From assembly GCF_000150275.1 (NCBI RefSeq), contig NW_002060944.1:437614-501613 (forward strand): DNA of 64,000 nucleotides, given 5' to 3'. Source of the stretch: Trichoplax adhaerens. Lineage: Eukaryota > Animalia > Placozoa. Shown here piece by piece: positions 14,301 to 28,935 of the stretch. A model generated the notes under the pieces. The model had not been told where the DNA came from, searched no databases, and was given only the letters and a program-made list of their open reading frames with translations. A program made the translations under genes and the position numbers. How positions within the stretch are numbered: the first letter of the stretch is position 1; every line of letters begins with the position of its first letter.

Positions 14301-17300
14301 TTATTAACAGCGACATTATTCTGGATAGGGATTATATATTTATTAAACTACCCGTATAGCCAGAAATTTTATCCTAATAAAGCGTTACATATTGACTAAT
14401 TGTTTAACTAGAATTAGATTAGAGGATGCTACCTACATAAGAAGGTGTTAACTGCTTGATATATTTCATGTCCATGTAGGGCAATAAGATATAAGAATGG
14501 AATTGTGATTGTGACGATGGAGAAATTGTCCACTTATTAGGTTTACCGAAGGTGCGTACTGAAGCTAGAATAATTGCAATCCGCTGTCCTTTATCAGCTT
14601 TGTGCAACATTTCTGCTACAGCTCGAGCGCTAGTTCATTTTTTAATAAATAATTTTTCTTGTATTAGTATGGTGAATAATCAATTTCTTTTTATACAGAA
14701 AAATGAAGGTCTTAAGTTATTTGGGTTTAAGTAGGGCGCGAGCATAGGACTAAAGTAAACTTACTGTTCTGGAGATTTCAAAACATTTTTCCAAATTAAA
14801 GATGGAAGCTTTGCAAAATCTTGAGGCGAGAAACCATTAATAATGCGAGGCAATTGCAATTTACTCAATAACCCTGCATTCCATGTATTTACTGATCCAA
14901 AGTGAGCTTTTGTAGCTGCAATAATGGCTGCAGAATAATCCTTCGGTATTCCTTTATTCTTATTTGTGAACATGATCTAAACAGTAAACGATTTAATAAG
15001 TGTACAATGAAGTATTGCGCTTCTAATTCTGCGAATCAAATTCAGAATCTAAGATTAAAAAATTCTATTTTTCTATTGACTTAATCGTGCATTCATGGAA
15101 TCTGATCAACTAGCTATTTTTTCAACATTCTCTTAATGCACTATCATGGAATTGCAACTGACACGTAAAGTATCGTAAAAAAGTTATTATAATTGTAAAG
15201 TAAAATTAGATGAGTATGTAATATATAATAATAATGTGTAAATCGTTCTATAACTCCTAATATGGATGCGGAAAATTTTATTATGTGCAATAGTGTAGCT
15301 AAATCTTTGCATTATTAATTATACTGTAGCTAGTGAAGTTAGCCTATCATGATAGCATGTTGTGTTATTGGTGAAAGTATAAAAGCCCAACTAGAGCAAT
15401 AGAAAGAATAAGTAGACAAGATACTCTCAGGGTAAGCGTCGTATAAAATAATAATATAGATGCGTAACAGCGACATTATGGTAGCTCAATTAAATATTTC
15501 TTACCATTGCTTGTTTAACCATGTCTTGAAAAAATTGACTAGAGGCCATCTTGAGGAAATGAGCTAACACCGTTGACTGCCCACGAAAGAGTTTACTGGT
15601 GATAACTTCAATCGATGTGTTGGGAAATTTTTGAACAACTTCAGGCTAAAGTTGATATTATTTTAAAAAGATATGAGATTGATGCTAAGGTACAAAGATG
15701 CAGAAACTAAAAGTTGTAGAGAACCAGGCAAATATTTACTTTTAAAATGCGAAAAATTTCGGTCGGGATCTTTGCAAATTCTCGAAGTGTTAAATTTTTA
15801 GTGCTATTTGCATCAGTCAGTTTTTGCAAGATTGTCGATGGCAACTTTTTCAGCATGGCTTTCATTCGCCTATAAAAGCATTGATAAGATAAATTTCAAA
15901 ACTGGACTTTAATAAGATTTTAAATCAATACGGAATTTTCTTCTTGTATAGAGATTATCTCTAAATTGCCGGTATTGGCATATTACATTTTTGCATGTTG
16001 TTCTAATTTTGCGTCCCTGGAACCTGGTGGAGGACGTTGTCCAGGTTTGTGAAATTGAAAGCCATTAAAAGGATTGGATGCATTATACTGAAAGGAGCTG
16101 TTGCTCTTGTTGGGATTTGGTTTGCCAGCTTCGAATAATAAAGAAGTTTGCGCTGATAAATACAAGTAATTTAACGTATTTCTCGATTAATACGAATGAT
16201 TGAAATTATGCCTGAACTTACTTGGTGGCTTGGAACTGCCTGAAGCTAAATAAATGGCCATTGAAATAAAAAATATATCATAATTAGAATGGAATCTTCG
16301 GCAGAATTTTTTATTAAAGATCAAGCGTAAGATGATTTAAGGAAAAGCTAAATGCTCCATTTTTTTATTGTTTAGACTGTGGCTAGATATAGAATGTGCT
16401 ATTTTAAAGAATTAAATAACTAAATTGTGAACAGATATCGTCCTATAGAGTCTAATTTGAAATTATTATTCTGAAATTATTACTGGTAATTTGCGATAAA
16501 TGGTAAAATATTGAATCTATCTTAGTAATAGATTAGCTATTTCCAACAGTTGTAGTTACTTAGAAGTGCACGACACATTGAATAACAGGGAACAGAGTGC
16601 TGTAAAACTCATTATTATTAAACAATTGTCTATTAAATTTTTAACATAATTCCTAAATTAAAATGAGGATAGCAGCATGCTAAACAGTAAATGATGAAAT
16701 GTTTATCTACTATAGCACAAAACATCAAAGGCCCAATTTCTGAGTTATTGAAACTCAATTTCTATTTTCTGAGCCGTAGTTAATGAAATCCATTAATTAT
16801 TACTATTAGAAAATAAACGGTTTCTTTTATTAGTCTTGGTTGGTTTCTTTATTGGTCTTATTTAATTGAGTATTGAAATCGGTAATTCACTCTAAGTCTA
16901 TATTTACCAAAGTCAGAGATAGATGAATACGAGAAGACTAATCCAGTTAGCGAGTTGCCTTTAATCTAGCTTAATGCCTGTATCAATAAATTCTTTAATT
17001 CGATCCCTATCATTTCATTACTACCTGTTTCTGAAGAATACTATTTGCAGACTGTCTAGTCTTGTTTTAGGGTACTACTCCATTTAGTAAAAAACAGTTA
17101 CAGGTGGAATATTTTAGTAGCACAGATAATGTTGATCCTTGTCTACAGTTTGATAGCTATTTCTTATCAGATCATAATCTGGATATTATTTCTATTTTGG
17201 ACTTTCTCGTTCTTCCTAAATGGATGAGATATCGCACTAAACGATAATTACAGAAGGAATAGCGATGATGAATCATCTTGAGGCGCACCAATTCCGAAAT

Positions 17301-20300
17301 AGCCTCTAAAACTGATTGCCTTTAGTATAGCTTAATTTTAATAAAGGTGCGGTATTCTAATATGAAATGACGTAAAGTCCAAAAGTTTGCGGTACAGTAT
17401 TACAATTAACCATATACTTTTTTAATGCTCTTACTCAAGTTTTATCCTACTTTGAAGTGTAATATTCCCATATTTAATAACTCTACGAGTTAAAAGATTT
17501 TCTTGTATAATATAACAAATTCGCAAGACTCATATGATTTCAATATCTTGTTTCAATTTTTATCCTAAATAGAGTTGCAATAATCCAATAGTAAATCATG
17601 CCATGAGTTTACTAATTTTCTTTACTCTATAGTATAATAATCAACTAGCAATATCCTTTCTAATCTCTTACTCAAGTTTCGATTCAAATTATAAGCGTTC
17701 CATACTGAATGATATTGTTGGTGTAAAAATCTTCGTATCAGTATCAAAAGCGAGCAATACTTGTCGCTAATCATTTAATTGAGTTATTAACTATATAAGG
17801 ACAACATTATTTCAATATAAATTGATGTTACAAGTCCACTAGTTTCCAATGCAATATAATACCCGTAGGTGAGTTTTAACCTTTGCTAATTTCTTACTCC
17901 AATTTTAATCTATATTTAAAGTGTGGTTCTCATGGATAATGATATTGCGAGTCGAACTCATTCGTACAATACAAAAGTGCTTGTAATCCTGTTTTCAAGC
18001 TTTTTATTGTAATTAGAACAGTGGCATTGTAGCTCGATATAAAAATGATGTTGAGTCAAAATATTTTTAACGCAGGCAGTAACAGCGTATCTACTTACTT
18101 AATTTACCCAAATTAGCACTATAATTTTGTAATAGATAGGAGTTATATGTCGTAAAGATTTTGATATGTCGTATAATGCCTCTGTAAATGACTCAATTAC
18201 TTATTCAACACTTCATAAGAACTATAACACGGAAATGAATAAAGAAACAGTTTTCATACAGTATCTGTAAATATAGCTAATTTACTAAAACTCTTAACTA
18301 TTAGATAAAGATCTAGTGAATATATTCCCATATCATTGCTACTTTATTAAATCATTTAATAGTCAAGTATAGTAGATCTAGATAGTTAGGGAAATTTCTT
18401 TGTTTATTGTATACTTCAAACGACATAGGTAATGATACCAATGTTCTTGGAAGTTCTTATGACACGCATATTTTGAAATAAGATTTGCGTTGTACTCAAA
18501 CAAAAGTAATCAAACTAAAGAATAGATATTTATTAGCTTATCTATTTTATTCCATTCTCAATTTTCAGCATACAAACAGAAAATATATCCCTTGACTACC
18601 TTTGTTCGATTTAAGTCGATATTAAACAGTATCTACCTCAGACTAATAGTCAATGAGGATGCTGTAATATATCTTGTTGTAACCTTCATAATAGCTATCA
18701 TGGTATAGTTAGTTATTATTGAAACCTGATAGAACGACAGATAGAAATGTTATCATGCACTCATTCTATAGTTTTATATCGTAGAAAGTAGAAGATTAAT
18801 ATAACGTTTCAACCACTAAGTCTTCATTGTTAAAAATAAGCGATAAAGTTTCAAAAAAACCAGTCCTCTCTCGTTATGTGTTTCTATTCTCCTATAGTGT
18901 TATTATTTAGAATTACGAATTATATACAATATTTACGTGCTAGATTGTTAAAATTATACCGCGTTTCTATATAGACTACAGACCTTGAAAAATTTCATGT
19001 ATTGATTTAATGGAACTGTATAAAGTAAAATGAAGGATAGATGTCTACCATGAAGGACATTATCGTGCAAAACGGCATCAATTACCGGTACTAGAAAAAT
19101 TTAAAAAGTCTTGATATCGTTAAAAAAGAAATTACAGTAATTATTATTTAAATTAAATTTATCATGATGAAAATGTTACGCCTACTAATGCGGCCATTGT
19201 TAAATGAAATTTTCTAATTCTGTTATAAGCCATTAGCTAGATTGTCTCCATCGTAAAATCATGAAGCCACGGGAGAGTCGTACGATATTTAAAGTATGTT
19301 TTGAAAATTTTCAAATTCAAGATTACTTGTAGTAATACAATTACCTGTAACTAAGTTATATCGCACTTAATAAAGTGGCGCTATATTATTAGTGGTAGCC
19401 GATAATTTTAAGCATTCAAAAATGTGTAAATTTTAATAAAATAAAAAAATGTACCTATGAAAAAGTTACTGAATGCATTATAGGATGATCTGATGATTGT
19501 ACTGTTTAACTTAGCTATATAGCAGACAAGGTTAATTCAAGAATAAATATTTTCATTCTATGCCTTTATTTTAACCCAATCCATTATACCCATTCAGCAG
19601 ACTCAATTTATCGTAGGGGTTATTACTTTAGATAATCAATTCTTCTTCATCTATAAGATGTGTTAACGACCTTTACGGATAAAATTGCAAGCTTGACCAA
19701 GTATTAGTGTCGATTGAATTACCGTTAGAATATCTTAACGGCTACGGTGAGAAAACTGTTTAATCTAGGATTATTTATAGAACTAGAATTAGGATAAGAA
19801 TAGTTCGAAGGCTGAAAGATCAAGCAATGGATGGAAGAGCCCATAATAACCCAAAAATAATTTTCATTTCGTTCTATATCGCAGACTTAGCTTAATCTAT
19901 TGTATCGCTTGATGGGTTGCACTTAATGTAAGCGTATATTGCGTAAACTGATTTATTTCTTTTCTTACAAGATCATCAGTATTATAAAAGAGCCCAAGAA
20001 AAGCAATAGTTATTATAAAATTCTCTACCCTAATTTAGCCTAATCTATCGCACTGACTTGACAGATAGTACTAAGTATACATTAGTACCTATTGCGTCAA
20101 CTGCTCTATTCCATTTTTGGAATGAAATATGTTTACGAAATCCAAGATTGTTGATAGGAATAGAATCAGCTAAGAATGATTACGTGACAAGAAAGGTTAA
20201 ACCTCGTTATGGAAGAGTTCAAGATAACTCAAGATAATGTTTTTGGTTTGTTGTTTGTTCCAACAGTAGATCAATTTATTCCATTAATTTAATGAATTGT

Positions 20301-20653
20301 ATTTACTAAAAGCCGACTCATATATTACACTTCAGTGATCAATTCCTTGCCTCATATGTTATTTTCATGATCCCACAAAATAAAAATAGGTGCTTCATCA
20401 AGCACAAGACTTTATTGCTATTTCTATTAGAGTAGCTATTGGATTTTAGCTTATAAAATTGATCGAAAGTGTTGCTGAGAATAATTTGCGATTAAATCAT
20501 TACTATTGAAATAAAATAAAATATCACCCCTATTCATTTTACCAGTGATATCATTTCTGCCTAATTTTTTTAGGAAATATTAATGACAAACTTACCTATT
20601 CCCTGTAGTACGCAGAGAAGAATTATTAAAGCTAAAAGCGAGTATTGCTTCAT
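8307..20653 (-). CDS. Multi-exon GPI-anchored mesothelin/otoancorin/stereocilin-superfamily protein (paralog B)
   Basis: Signal exon 20596-20653 (MKQYSLLALIILLCVLQGI); 24-nt microexon 16222-16245 (ASGSSKPP); repeated helical units with FG.(V/P)..W motifs (FGSVNTWNAGLL, FGKPNKWT, YGNPKNWSAADI, FGSTVSTWE); DDILSFGKLACGM...CRTPC and CREAIRIIGSS...AAIRCY resemble mesothelin segments; Thr-rich stalk, then last exon 8307-8377 SAATTIRAGLSLVICVVFAMGSL* (GPI-type tail with no cytosolic part). Family call from recalled motifs, no HMM run. Confidence 0.8.
17425..17990. repeat. Degenerate ~230-bp tandem repeat (about 3 units) in intron 1 of paralog B
   Basis: (c/t)tcttactc(a/c)a(g/a)ttt...aag(t/c)gt recurs at ~17428, ~17666 and ~17891. 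Confidence 0.55.
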
Positions 20654-21335
20654 GATGAAATTATTCTTTCTCTTCTACTTGATGAGTTCTTTTAATCGCC
20701 TCAGTTACTGTCTACAAGATGATCGAAAATACTTGTCAGATCAATTTTTAATTTGAAATCAAGCAGTTCAAGAAGTAGTGCATTACAGACAGGAGGTCAA
20801 ATAAATCAATAGAAAAAATTTGAACTGATTTATGCAAAATGATTTGTATTTCTGTCAATAGTGTGGCAGACAAGCATTGATTCATGGCTTTTATTGATTC
20901 AAGACAGTTCATTCAATCATTAACCTTCGAATAAAAGTATCCATAGTTAGAAATAACAACATTAACGATGACGACAACAACGGTAAGTAGGTCATCATAA
21001 TCACGAACTAGACAATGATCTGATCGATAGACAGAACAATATCAATTACTCTTGCACGCGGCATTCGTATTCACCAGATACGCTGGCTTATTCTTCATCA
21101 AGTATTCTATGTTATGAATCATCTGTAATAGTTGGCTTTGTTAGCATTTGCGACTAAGTTTTGTATGATGGCGATGATGATGATCAAATACAGACAATAA
21201 AGGAGCAAAATATATATATCAATTTTTATTCATACTACAACAGCCTTTAATTTGGTGGAAAGGATTTCTGAAAGCAAATAACAACAATAACAACAATCAG
21301 GACGTTGTTATTCAATGGGTTTTTTTGTCGCCTTG
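20654..21335 (-). promoter_or_regulatory. 5'UTR/promoter of paralog B
   Basis: Alignable to 5742-6425; clustered AACAAT (SOX/HMG-type) words. Confidence 0.6.
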
Positions 21336-23249
21336 AAAGTACTGTCATAAGCAAACAATATCATCGAGATCAGGCCATCGAATATTTGTCGAATCAATTC
21401 ATTCTATTATCATCGATCCTTAAATGATTTTCTTTTCTAATTGACTTTCATTTAACCTTAATACTCAAAATGGAGAAGGTAAACTATTCTGAGTTTTAGA
21501 TCATATGCATGAGCTGTTCTATGATATCCCTATCCGATAATTTGAATGTTAAATCAAATTTTTTCTGGTGGTCAATACTTTACAGGGAAAATTATGATAT
21601 ATTAGTTTGTTCATTCGAAGTATTTAACGACTAATGGGTACTTTTAAACTTAATCAATAGCACAATTTGTATACCATCGACCGGTTACTAAATTACAATT
21701 GCGGATCGTCTCTTGCAAAGTTACTCAGCTACAAATTACCCTGTAGCTTTTTCTAACTACAAAATAGCAAAGCATCATCATACCTAAAGTGGATGGCAAT
21801 GTCACAATAAACAGCATATATCAGTTAATAAGTTACTCTACGTTAATATCAGCTTTAGTGAATGTTTATAGAAGTACAATCAAGATCAAGTACTGATTCA
21901 TTAGCCCTGATTTAGTGTTTAATTTTCTTGAGCAACCAATAATCGGTCGTTTTATATTAAAATTTTTAAGATCAGTTCTGTTTTATTTGCGTCTTTACAA
22001 AACAAGGAAATGGCACCGATAAAAGTTAAAGATACCATAATACTTGTCTAGCAATTTATAGATGGCGTACCTCTTCATAACTACTGAAATACAATTAACT
22101 GACGGTAATGATTATATTGTAGTGTCTCTACTATATTATAGACTTTCAACTAGTTAGTGGCGCTAATGAAAGATCATACTAACCAGATTCTGTGAAAGCG
22201 ATAATATAGCAGTTGGATTAAAACAGTATTTAAGGAGGTACAATCAAAGTGTGACTATTTTATACCGTAGTAATAACCCAACGTTTATAATTTTAGAGTA
22301 ACCATAGCAGATACTTGTCGAACATGTCATAAACATACACTAGCAATGGATTAGATTCCGTTAATCCATTACTATATGTTACAATAACTCTTCGAATGGA
22401 CAAGTTGAACGCTTGCAACATCAAGCGGGAACTCAAATTGCAATAAAGCTAATTCAATTATCTCGACATTATCAAATTTTTTATTTTACCATCTCCCTAC
22501 TCACGTACAGCAATGTTGCCACAAAATTATAATGCAATAAACTTGACTATCATGTAATTGACTGCAAGAAATTAATATCGTATCAAAGGATTGAATAATA
22601 CTTCTTCCATCTGCTAGTAAAATGGTAACTATCAGTGATTGACGCTATCAAATATCGAAACAATATAACGCCACGCTCTTTAGTTGTTATACAATTTACT
22701 TGTGCTTGGATGGAGCTACCGGCTAACTAATGTTACATGATGAACAAATATACTATTGTTTACAAATTTTTTTAACAGCCACACAAGTAACCCAAGATAA
22801 CAATAACTTCATAGTAACCATCTAAATCTGGTTATCAGTTGAAAATGGGAAAACGACTGTAATCCAGTATCAAATCAACCTCTTTAAAAATACACCATTG
22901 AATATCATTCTTATATTACACAACTATGCAACTATTAGTGTATTCTCAACAGTTATTCAACTCTACAGGCTATATTTAATTGCCCAAATAACTGCTTCAA
23001 GTGTGAAGCTTGAAGGGTTTTCAGTCATCAATACTTTCACTAGGACTACCGTATCATTAACTGGTCATTAAGGGTGAATGAATTAATAGGACATGCTACA
23101 ATTATATTCTCTATTGTTGATTATCACTACATCGTCGAAAACTATTCCACTTAGAAACTGAAGAGAGAAGAAATTGATTTTTTGTACTAAAGGAATTATT
23201 ACTTTAATATATAACTTAATTTCTCTTTGTATCTACTAACAGATTGGAA

Positions 23250-26200
23250 TTATGAAAGACTTGCGGATAATTCTGGCATCCATTCTAATTCACCCATATC
23301 TGATATCGAATTACCATTATATTCATAGCTAATTCTAAATTTCAATCGAACTTTCTCCTATTATAATGATAGGGTAAATTTCAAGTGAGTTAGAGTTAAT
23401 TTCACACCCTAGTCTAAGGCAAATAATAAGCAATATCCATAACGAATTATAGCGAAAATGTTTCCATTATTATTATACTATACCATTGCTGGGTTAGCTA
23501 TAAGCATCACTTGCGTCACAGTTGCTGGTGCTTCAATTGGATTACGAGCAGCTAAACTACTCGCAGAGGGCGGTTGTAGCTTTACTCCTTGTGTCTATCG
23601 TACAATAGACGCATTACCATAATTATTATTATTATAAACGTGTTTAAATTCACCAAATTAAAAAATGCGCATTTTGATCTGAAATTATAACCATAACGGA
23701 TAAAATAAATCACTTACCTTTGGTACAGCAGCCTCAAAGACGAATTTACTAATAGCAAATGGTAAAAAGCTCATGGTTGATATGATATGTGATGTGATAC
23801 CTTGCATTGGTGCATCCTAAGACATGTAACCGGCAAGTAATCAATAAATCAGTACAACACACCTACAAATGACGAAGGTTTGTCTATATTTAGTTCATTA
23901 CGAATAAAAATGATGAATCCATCACCTGGGCAGTATAGATTAACGTTTTAATTCCATTTTTATCATAGGCAGTAATAGGTTCAGTTTGGCCTATATTAAC
24001 GCAATATTAATTTATTTTGCTTTTGTAACTACATTTTGCACACGTACATGCCAGGAAGAAACAGTTATGATCTTACCAGGCTTGATAGATTCTAGTGGAA
24101 CGGTTAAATTAGGTAGTGCTTGAATAGGGTCTGTATTACTGGGAGATGCAGGCTTTAACAGCTGATTGTCTGACGTTGAAGGGCTCATAGTGCCTGAAGC
24201 CGACTTATTAGTATCTAATTGCGCAAGCAGATCCAACGCTGACGATTTTTCTAGCACAATATTGCCTTTGCCACTTTGTTGACTTTTTTCCAAAGCTTCT
24301 CGTTTAGCTGCGCTGTAAGCAGTCTCCATGACAGCCTGATTGCCGCCCATAGAGCCAATAAGATTTGCTGGTGATGCATTGTTCGTGTTACTATTAGGCC
24401 AACCTGGATTACCACCAAATACTGCATTACTTTGGTTAGGACCAGGTGAACCCATAGCAGTGGATTGCAGGGTCGTATTAGTTCCGAAACCGGACATCAT
24501 AGGCGTACTTGGTTCATTCATCGACTATTTTAAAAATATTTGTTACTATCAGCAAATTCAAATAGTCTTTACTTCATAATATGCTATAATACACATCGCA
24601 CAACTTACGAATATATCATGGGATGCTGGACTAATTGGGGTGCCAGGATTAACGGAAGTGTTTGCCGGTCGATTAACCTATAATTAAGTTAAGCAAACAA
24701 AGGTCAATATAGATATTAACTGTTATACTGATCATTACTCGATTTCAATTATCGTTTAATGTAAATCATACCGGTTGAGATAAACTGGAATCAAGATTGC
24801 CCAACCCAAGCTCTGCTAATTGTTTATCTAACAGAGAGGTATCATTTCCGTCTGGTCTGGCAGGAGAAGCCGACGTTGTCATTGATGCTGTTGAGGAGCT
24901 CACACTGCTGTTGAATCCCATATCAAGGAGTAAGTCATTCCGCGGAGGTGCCGCTGCCGGGCCAGGCACTAAAGGCACTAGTAATTATAGTTACATGCAA
25001 GATTGTCAGTTAGGTATTCTACGCTGTTGACAGTTTTTATAGCATATCAAGCACATACCATCAGTTTTAGCTTGTGTTAGTAGGACCTCGCTCTTACTAA
25101 CTTGATTAGTAGTAGCAGCCTTGCCAGCCATGACATTTTGATACCTTTCCATTACGGCACTTAACTCTTCACTGACTTTGATAATATTTTCTGAAAGTAT
25201 TTGCATATACCATCATTATTTTAGTGTATAATTAATACTTGGCCAGTAACCGTTAGCAAACACTTACGTAGCAGAGCTTCGTCAGACTCAACTTCACCAG
25301 CATTTTTCTGTAACTGATTTCGAATTTCTTCACAAGAACGGTACAATTCCTATGACATTTTAAAAATAAAACAATATATCTCAGGGCATGTTTCATTCAC
25401 TTTGTATAATTATGATATAATAAATAATAAGTGATTTCGGATACTATTCTACCTCCATTGTTTCCTTTTCTTGACCGGACGAGCTAGTCGAATAATAATC
25501 TAGCATGTCCGACAGTAATTTACCATTATTTCTAGCCCTTTCCAAGTCATTCAGCCGTTGGCTATGCTTTTCTAACTTATGCTGATCCTACAGAATAATT
25601 GTACGCAAATCATTAATAAACTCTATCATTCCTTCCAATTACTGTATAATGTCATTCATTAAAATACCAACCTGCTTTACCATATTTTTAATCAATCGAT
25701 TGGCAGCTTGCAAATCATCAGGATGATTACTCCGTAGTAGTCGAGCTAGATGCTATCGTTAATAAAATTGAAGCGTATGATTAGCATGAATAAATTGAAA
25801 CCGTCATGTATCGATGTCTATTGATGAATTGCTAATTTCTGATGTATAAAGTATTTACTGTAGTGAGATATATCACTACTAATAGACAGATCTTGCATTT
25901 GCCAAGCTTTGATCCGATTAATAAAATTGCACGATACCTTTGATTTTTCATCATCTTCAAAGATACTCTTGCCTCTTGTGCGCGATTCAGGTGAAGTAGC
26001 GTTAGGAGATTGTGCTTGGTTGGCATTCACCACCTATATAATTGTGTATCATTTATAGGAAATTTAATATATTATAATCATCGGAATAACTTTTCCTCGG
26101 TTTCACCTTGTCATCTTCTTCTTCTGTAATGATACCTATTGAATTAAGTTACAAATGATACGGCCTGATTAGTTCAATACATTTATAATTTTATTAATAG

Positions 26201-28775
26201 TACTGTATAGTGAATTCGATGGTAAAAACTGTCCTATTCCTCCAATGCATTGATATGCTGTAATCGTCCAAATCTAGTTACAACAGCTATGACTACACTG
26301 AATCAGTTAACACCATTGATACTATGACAAATTAGTTTCAACCTTGTTTTAATAACATATTCAGCGCTTCTATAATTTTTGGTTCGGACGGGATATTTCT
26401 ACTCCAGTTTCGAAACAGCGTCTTTATTCGTTTTTGAACTTGAACAGGTGTTTGCATTGCTAAGTACTAAAAAGGCAACGGTTATACAGGAATTAAGAAT
26501 ATAGCATTTAGCTAAGACAAAATGATATAATTGCAAGTGGCTATAAGGGAAATTGTAGGCGAATTAACATTGTACCGTTCTTATTATTTCGCACTAACCT
26601 TGGGTGAAATTAATTTAATTAATTCATTTAAAAAGCGAAATTTGCCAATCTCTTGCTGGAAGTCTTTACCACAATTAACAGCACAAGTATCTAAAACCTA
26701 GTTGCATTATGTGTATGTTCAGTTTTAGTTGATGCTCGATTCAAGGCCATGTCGGTATTTTCAATCTGCAATCGTACTCTATTGACTTACCACGATAGTA
26801 CGTACGGCGCAAACTTCATTTCTACTCTGCAATCCGCTCAACAGCAGGCGAACAGCAATCATAACGCTATCAAGGAAGATAAAGTAGGTTTATGCATTGA
26901 TTGGCAATAGTAGAAGAAATACTTTTCAAACAATTTGTATTTAAGATTAGTAGCAAAAACCCAGAAGATGGACTACGTTAGAATAAACTTGTGTACACTA
27001 TACAGTATTTCTATTGTAGGGTATCTTCATGGCTAGCCTATTGAGGTTATATCACCAAAAATGATTGCGTTAAGCCATAATATAAAACTCTTTTTCCTAC
27101 AAGTAATACCGTAGCGCATAAGAATTTACCCCTCTTGTGTCGTCTTTACAGCTTCAACAAAGGTCATGATAGCTTGCCAATCTTCAGTTGGAGTGCTGGC
27201 ATCGGTTGCTTTTTCTACAAAGTTTATGAAAAAAAGTAGAAAATTAATGATACTATTGATTGCAATCTGGCAAGCAATGATCCGTGTATTGCCCTTTTCG
27301 AGTTTGTTGGAAACGAGTTAAAGGGAGGTTAGCATCATTATTGATATTGATAGAGTGGGATGACGGCAGATAAAGAACGAATTTATCGGAGAGTTTCAAC
27401 ATTTTTTGAATGCCGAAAAGACAGTAGTGGTATTAAATCATTGCTATCCTTTTCTAGTAACAGTAGGGAGAGGTTGATATCATCCTTGTTGCTTTCAAGC
27501 CCATTGAATATTACATTGGGGATTCCAGCAGACGAAAAGAAATGTACGACTAGGATATCGGCATAATTTTACATTGACTAGAGAGTCGGTAGGAATCATT
27601 CATGGTTCTATTAGAGCCTATTTCAACATGTACACTCCTTTGCGTCATCCCTACAACGAGGAATGAGCAGTCCTTAACCTCTTGGATAATTAATCAATTA
27701 TTAACGACAATAAATCGTTATCACAGTCATAGGTCAGAAAATCATGCCCATTCTTCCATCATTGAAGAAAGAATTTATTCTTTCATGGAGAAATGAGTAA
27801 ACTATATGCCAATGAAGAAGCAGATAAGAAAGAACTATTTGTTATCTATCCTACATTGAACAAGTTTATTTTAGCTCAGAAATCGATCTTGAGCTACTAC
27901 AACATGTATTAATTAGTCAGGGTGTCAACTTTAACCATGTCAATGGCTCTCATGGACTTGTTGGAACGAAAGAAAATAAATTGTGTGAGTTCATTTTGCA
28001 TTGGATCTATTGATTAACGATGACATTGATGTGAAAATTGACCAACAGTAATGGTATTTGGACATCGTCTACGGCATAAAAGACTGTCAAAGGAAAGTGC
28101 GGCGAGATCGATGGATGGTGATGATAGCCATTATTAATTCATGGATAATAAGGAAGTGATGGACAGTGTTGGAGAGATTGTTACTGTACGATCCTGATTC
28201 GACGGGCAATCAAGTGATTATTCGATTATTCACATTGATGTGAAAATTGACCAACAGTAATGGTATTTGGACATCGTCTACGGCATAACAGACTGTCAAA
28301 GTAAAGTGCCGCGATCGATGGATGGTGATGATAGCCATGATTAATTCATGGATAATAAGGAAGCGATGGACAGTGTTGGAGAGCTCGTTACTGTACGATC
28401 ATGATTCGATGGGCAATCAAGTGATTCTTGGCTATGGATTAATGACTGGCATAAAAATGAAATCATTATCGATAGATAACTTGTCATCGTCACTGGAAAT
28501 AGACTAAGACAGACGTAGACCAATTTCCTTTAGCCTTGACGATTGTCTTTCCATCAGTACGAAGTAGGACTACAATGATGATGGTGGGATCGGGAATAGC
28601 CAAGAAATGCAGGGTGATTGTATGTTATGAAGGGGTGAAAAAGATGATTTTATCATTGGTTTACATGGATAAGATGACTGAGAATAGTTTTCAACACAAT
28701 CAATGCTTAATACTTACTAAGTAAGGTATCCAAATGCCTTACTGATGCCATATCACTAGCAGGAGAAGCCGCCAT
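23250..28775 (-). CDS. GGA: GGA clathrin adaptor (VHS-GAT-hinge-GAE)
   Basis: Exon 28718-28775 MAASPASDMASVRHLDTLL spliced to KKATDASTPTEDWQAIMTFVE (VHS); CAVNCGKDFQQEIGKFRFLNELIKLISPK; IFEDDEKSK...LLRSNHPDDLQAANRLIKNMVKQ (GAT); LPNLTVPLESIKP, FVFEAAVPK, LQPPSASSLAARNPIEAPATVTQVMLIANP (GAE); stop at 23250-23252. Confidence 0.93.
28023..28426. repeat. ~209-bp near-identical tandem duplication in GGA intron 1
   Basis: acattgatgtgaaaattgaccaacagtaatggtatttggacatcgtctacggcataa...gggcaatcaagtgatt at 28023 and 28232. Confidence 0.92.
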
Positions 28776-28935
28776 GTTGTTCCTGCCCGTTGACTCCTTG
28801 TGACCACCGTGGCTGACGTCACACCAGCCTAGCCACGACACCAGTGTCGACGGAAGGGGAAGCCTGACGTCATCTAGTACAGTGTACAGTGTACAGTACT
28901 CAGTGAACTCTTGTACTGTACTGGACAGTACTGTG
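28776..28935 (-). promoter_or_regulatory. GGA proximal promoter with two perfect CRE palindromes, an ETS core and a TACAGT array
   Basis: TGACGTCA at 28814-28821 and 28865-28872; CGGAAG at 28851-28856; gtacagtgtacagtgtacagtac at ~28877-28899. Confidence 0.65.
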
